Translations under genes and position numbers: made by a program
Notes under the pieces: model-generated
Told to the model about the DNA's origin: nothing
What the model saw: only the letters and a program-made list of their open reading frames with translations
Databases searched by the model: none
Shown here: piece after piece, positions 28,688 through 29,195 of the stretch
Position numbering within the stretch: position 1 is the stretch's first letter
How the letters are laid out: each line of letters begins with the position of its first letter
Origin: Cyanophyceae cyanobacterium
GTDB lineage: Bacteria; Cyanobacteriota; Cyanobacteriia; Cyanobacteriales; JBHJGN01
DNA length: 29,195 nt
Direction: 5' to 3'
NCBI GenBank assembly: GCA_050331735.1
Contig: JBHJGN010000025.1
Coordinates: 1 to 29,195, forward strand

Positions 28688-28696
28688 GAGCGTTAA

Positions 28697-29195
<499 letters not shown>

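Overview
Cyanobacterial chromosomal segment, rich in HIP1 (GCGATCGC) and in heptamer repeats at gene junctions. The right two thirds (about 10.8-29.2 kb, minus strand) is an uninterrupted Mo-nitrogenase cluster of the unicellular/non-heterocystous type: nifH(partial)-nifD-nifK-nifZ-orf-nifE-nifN-DUF269-like-nifX-DUF269-DUF683-nifW-hesA-hesB-fdxH, three small ORFs, split feoB and feoA. A plus-strand mop gene follows, then modA-methyltransferase-modBC, a PEP-CTERM-anchored amidase and an alpha/beta-hydrolase. The left part (plus strand) holds clpC, an AbrB-family membrane protein and the least explained unit in the window. That unit is a five-gene candidate operon: an atypical tautomerase, two acidic CxPC paralogs, a CxxC-bearing thiol-dioxygenase-like cupin and a SelO/YdiU AMPylase. 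It is preceded by a sequence matching an NtcA-activated promoter. A decayed BrnT-type toxin-antitoxin pair follows it. The nifH fragment at the window edge has a frameshift and clustered substitutions, most likely sequence error. All family calls come from motif recognition by eye; no searches were run.
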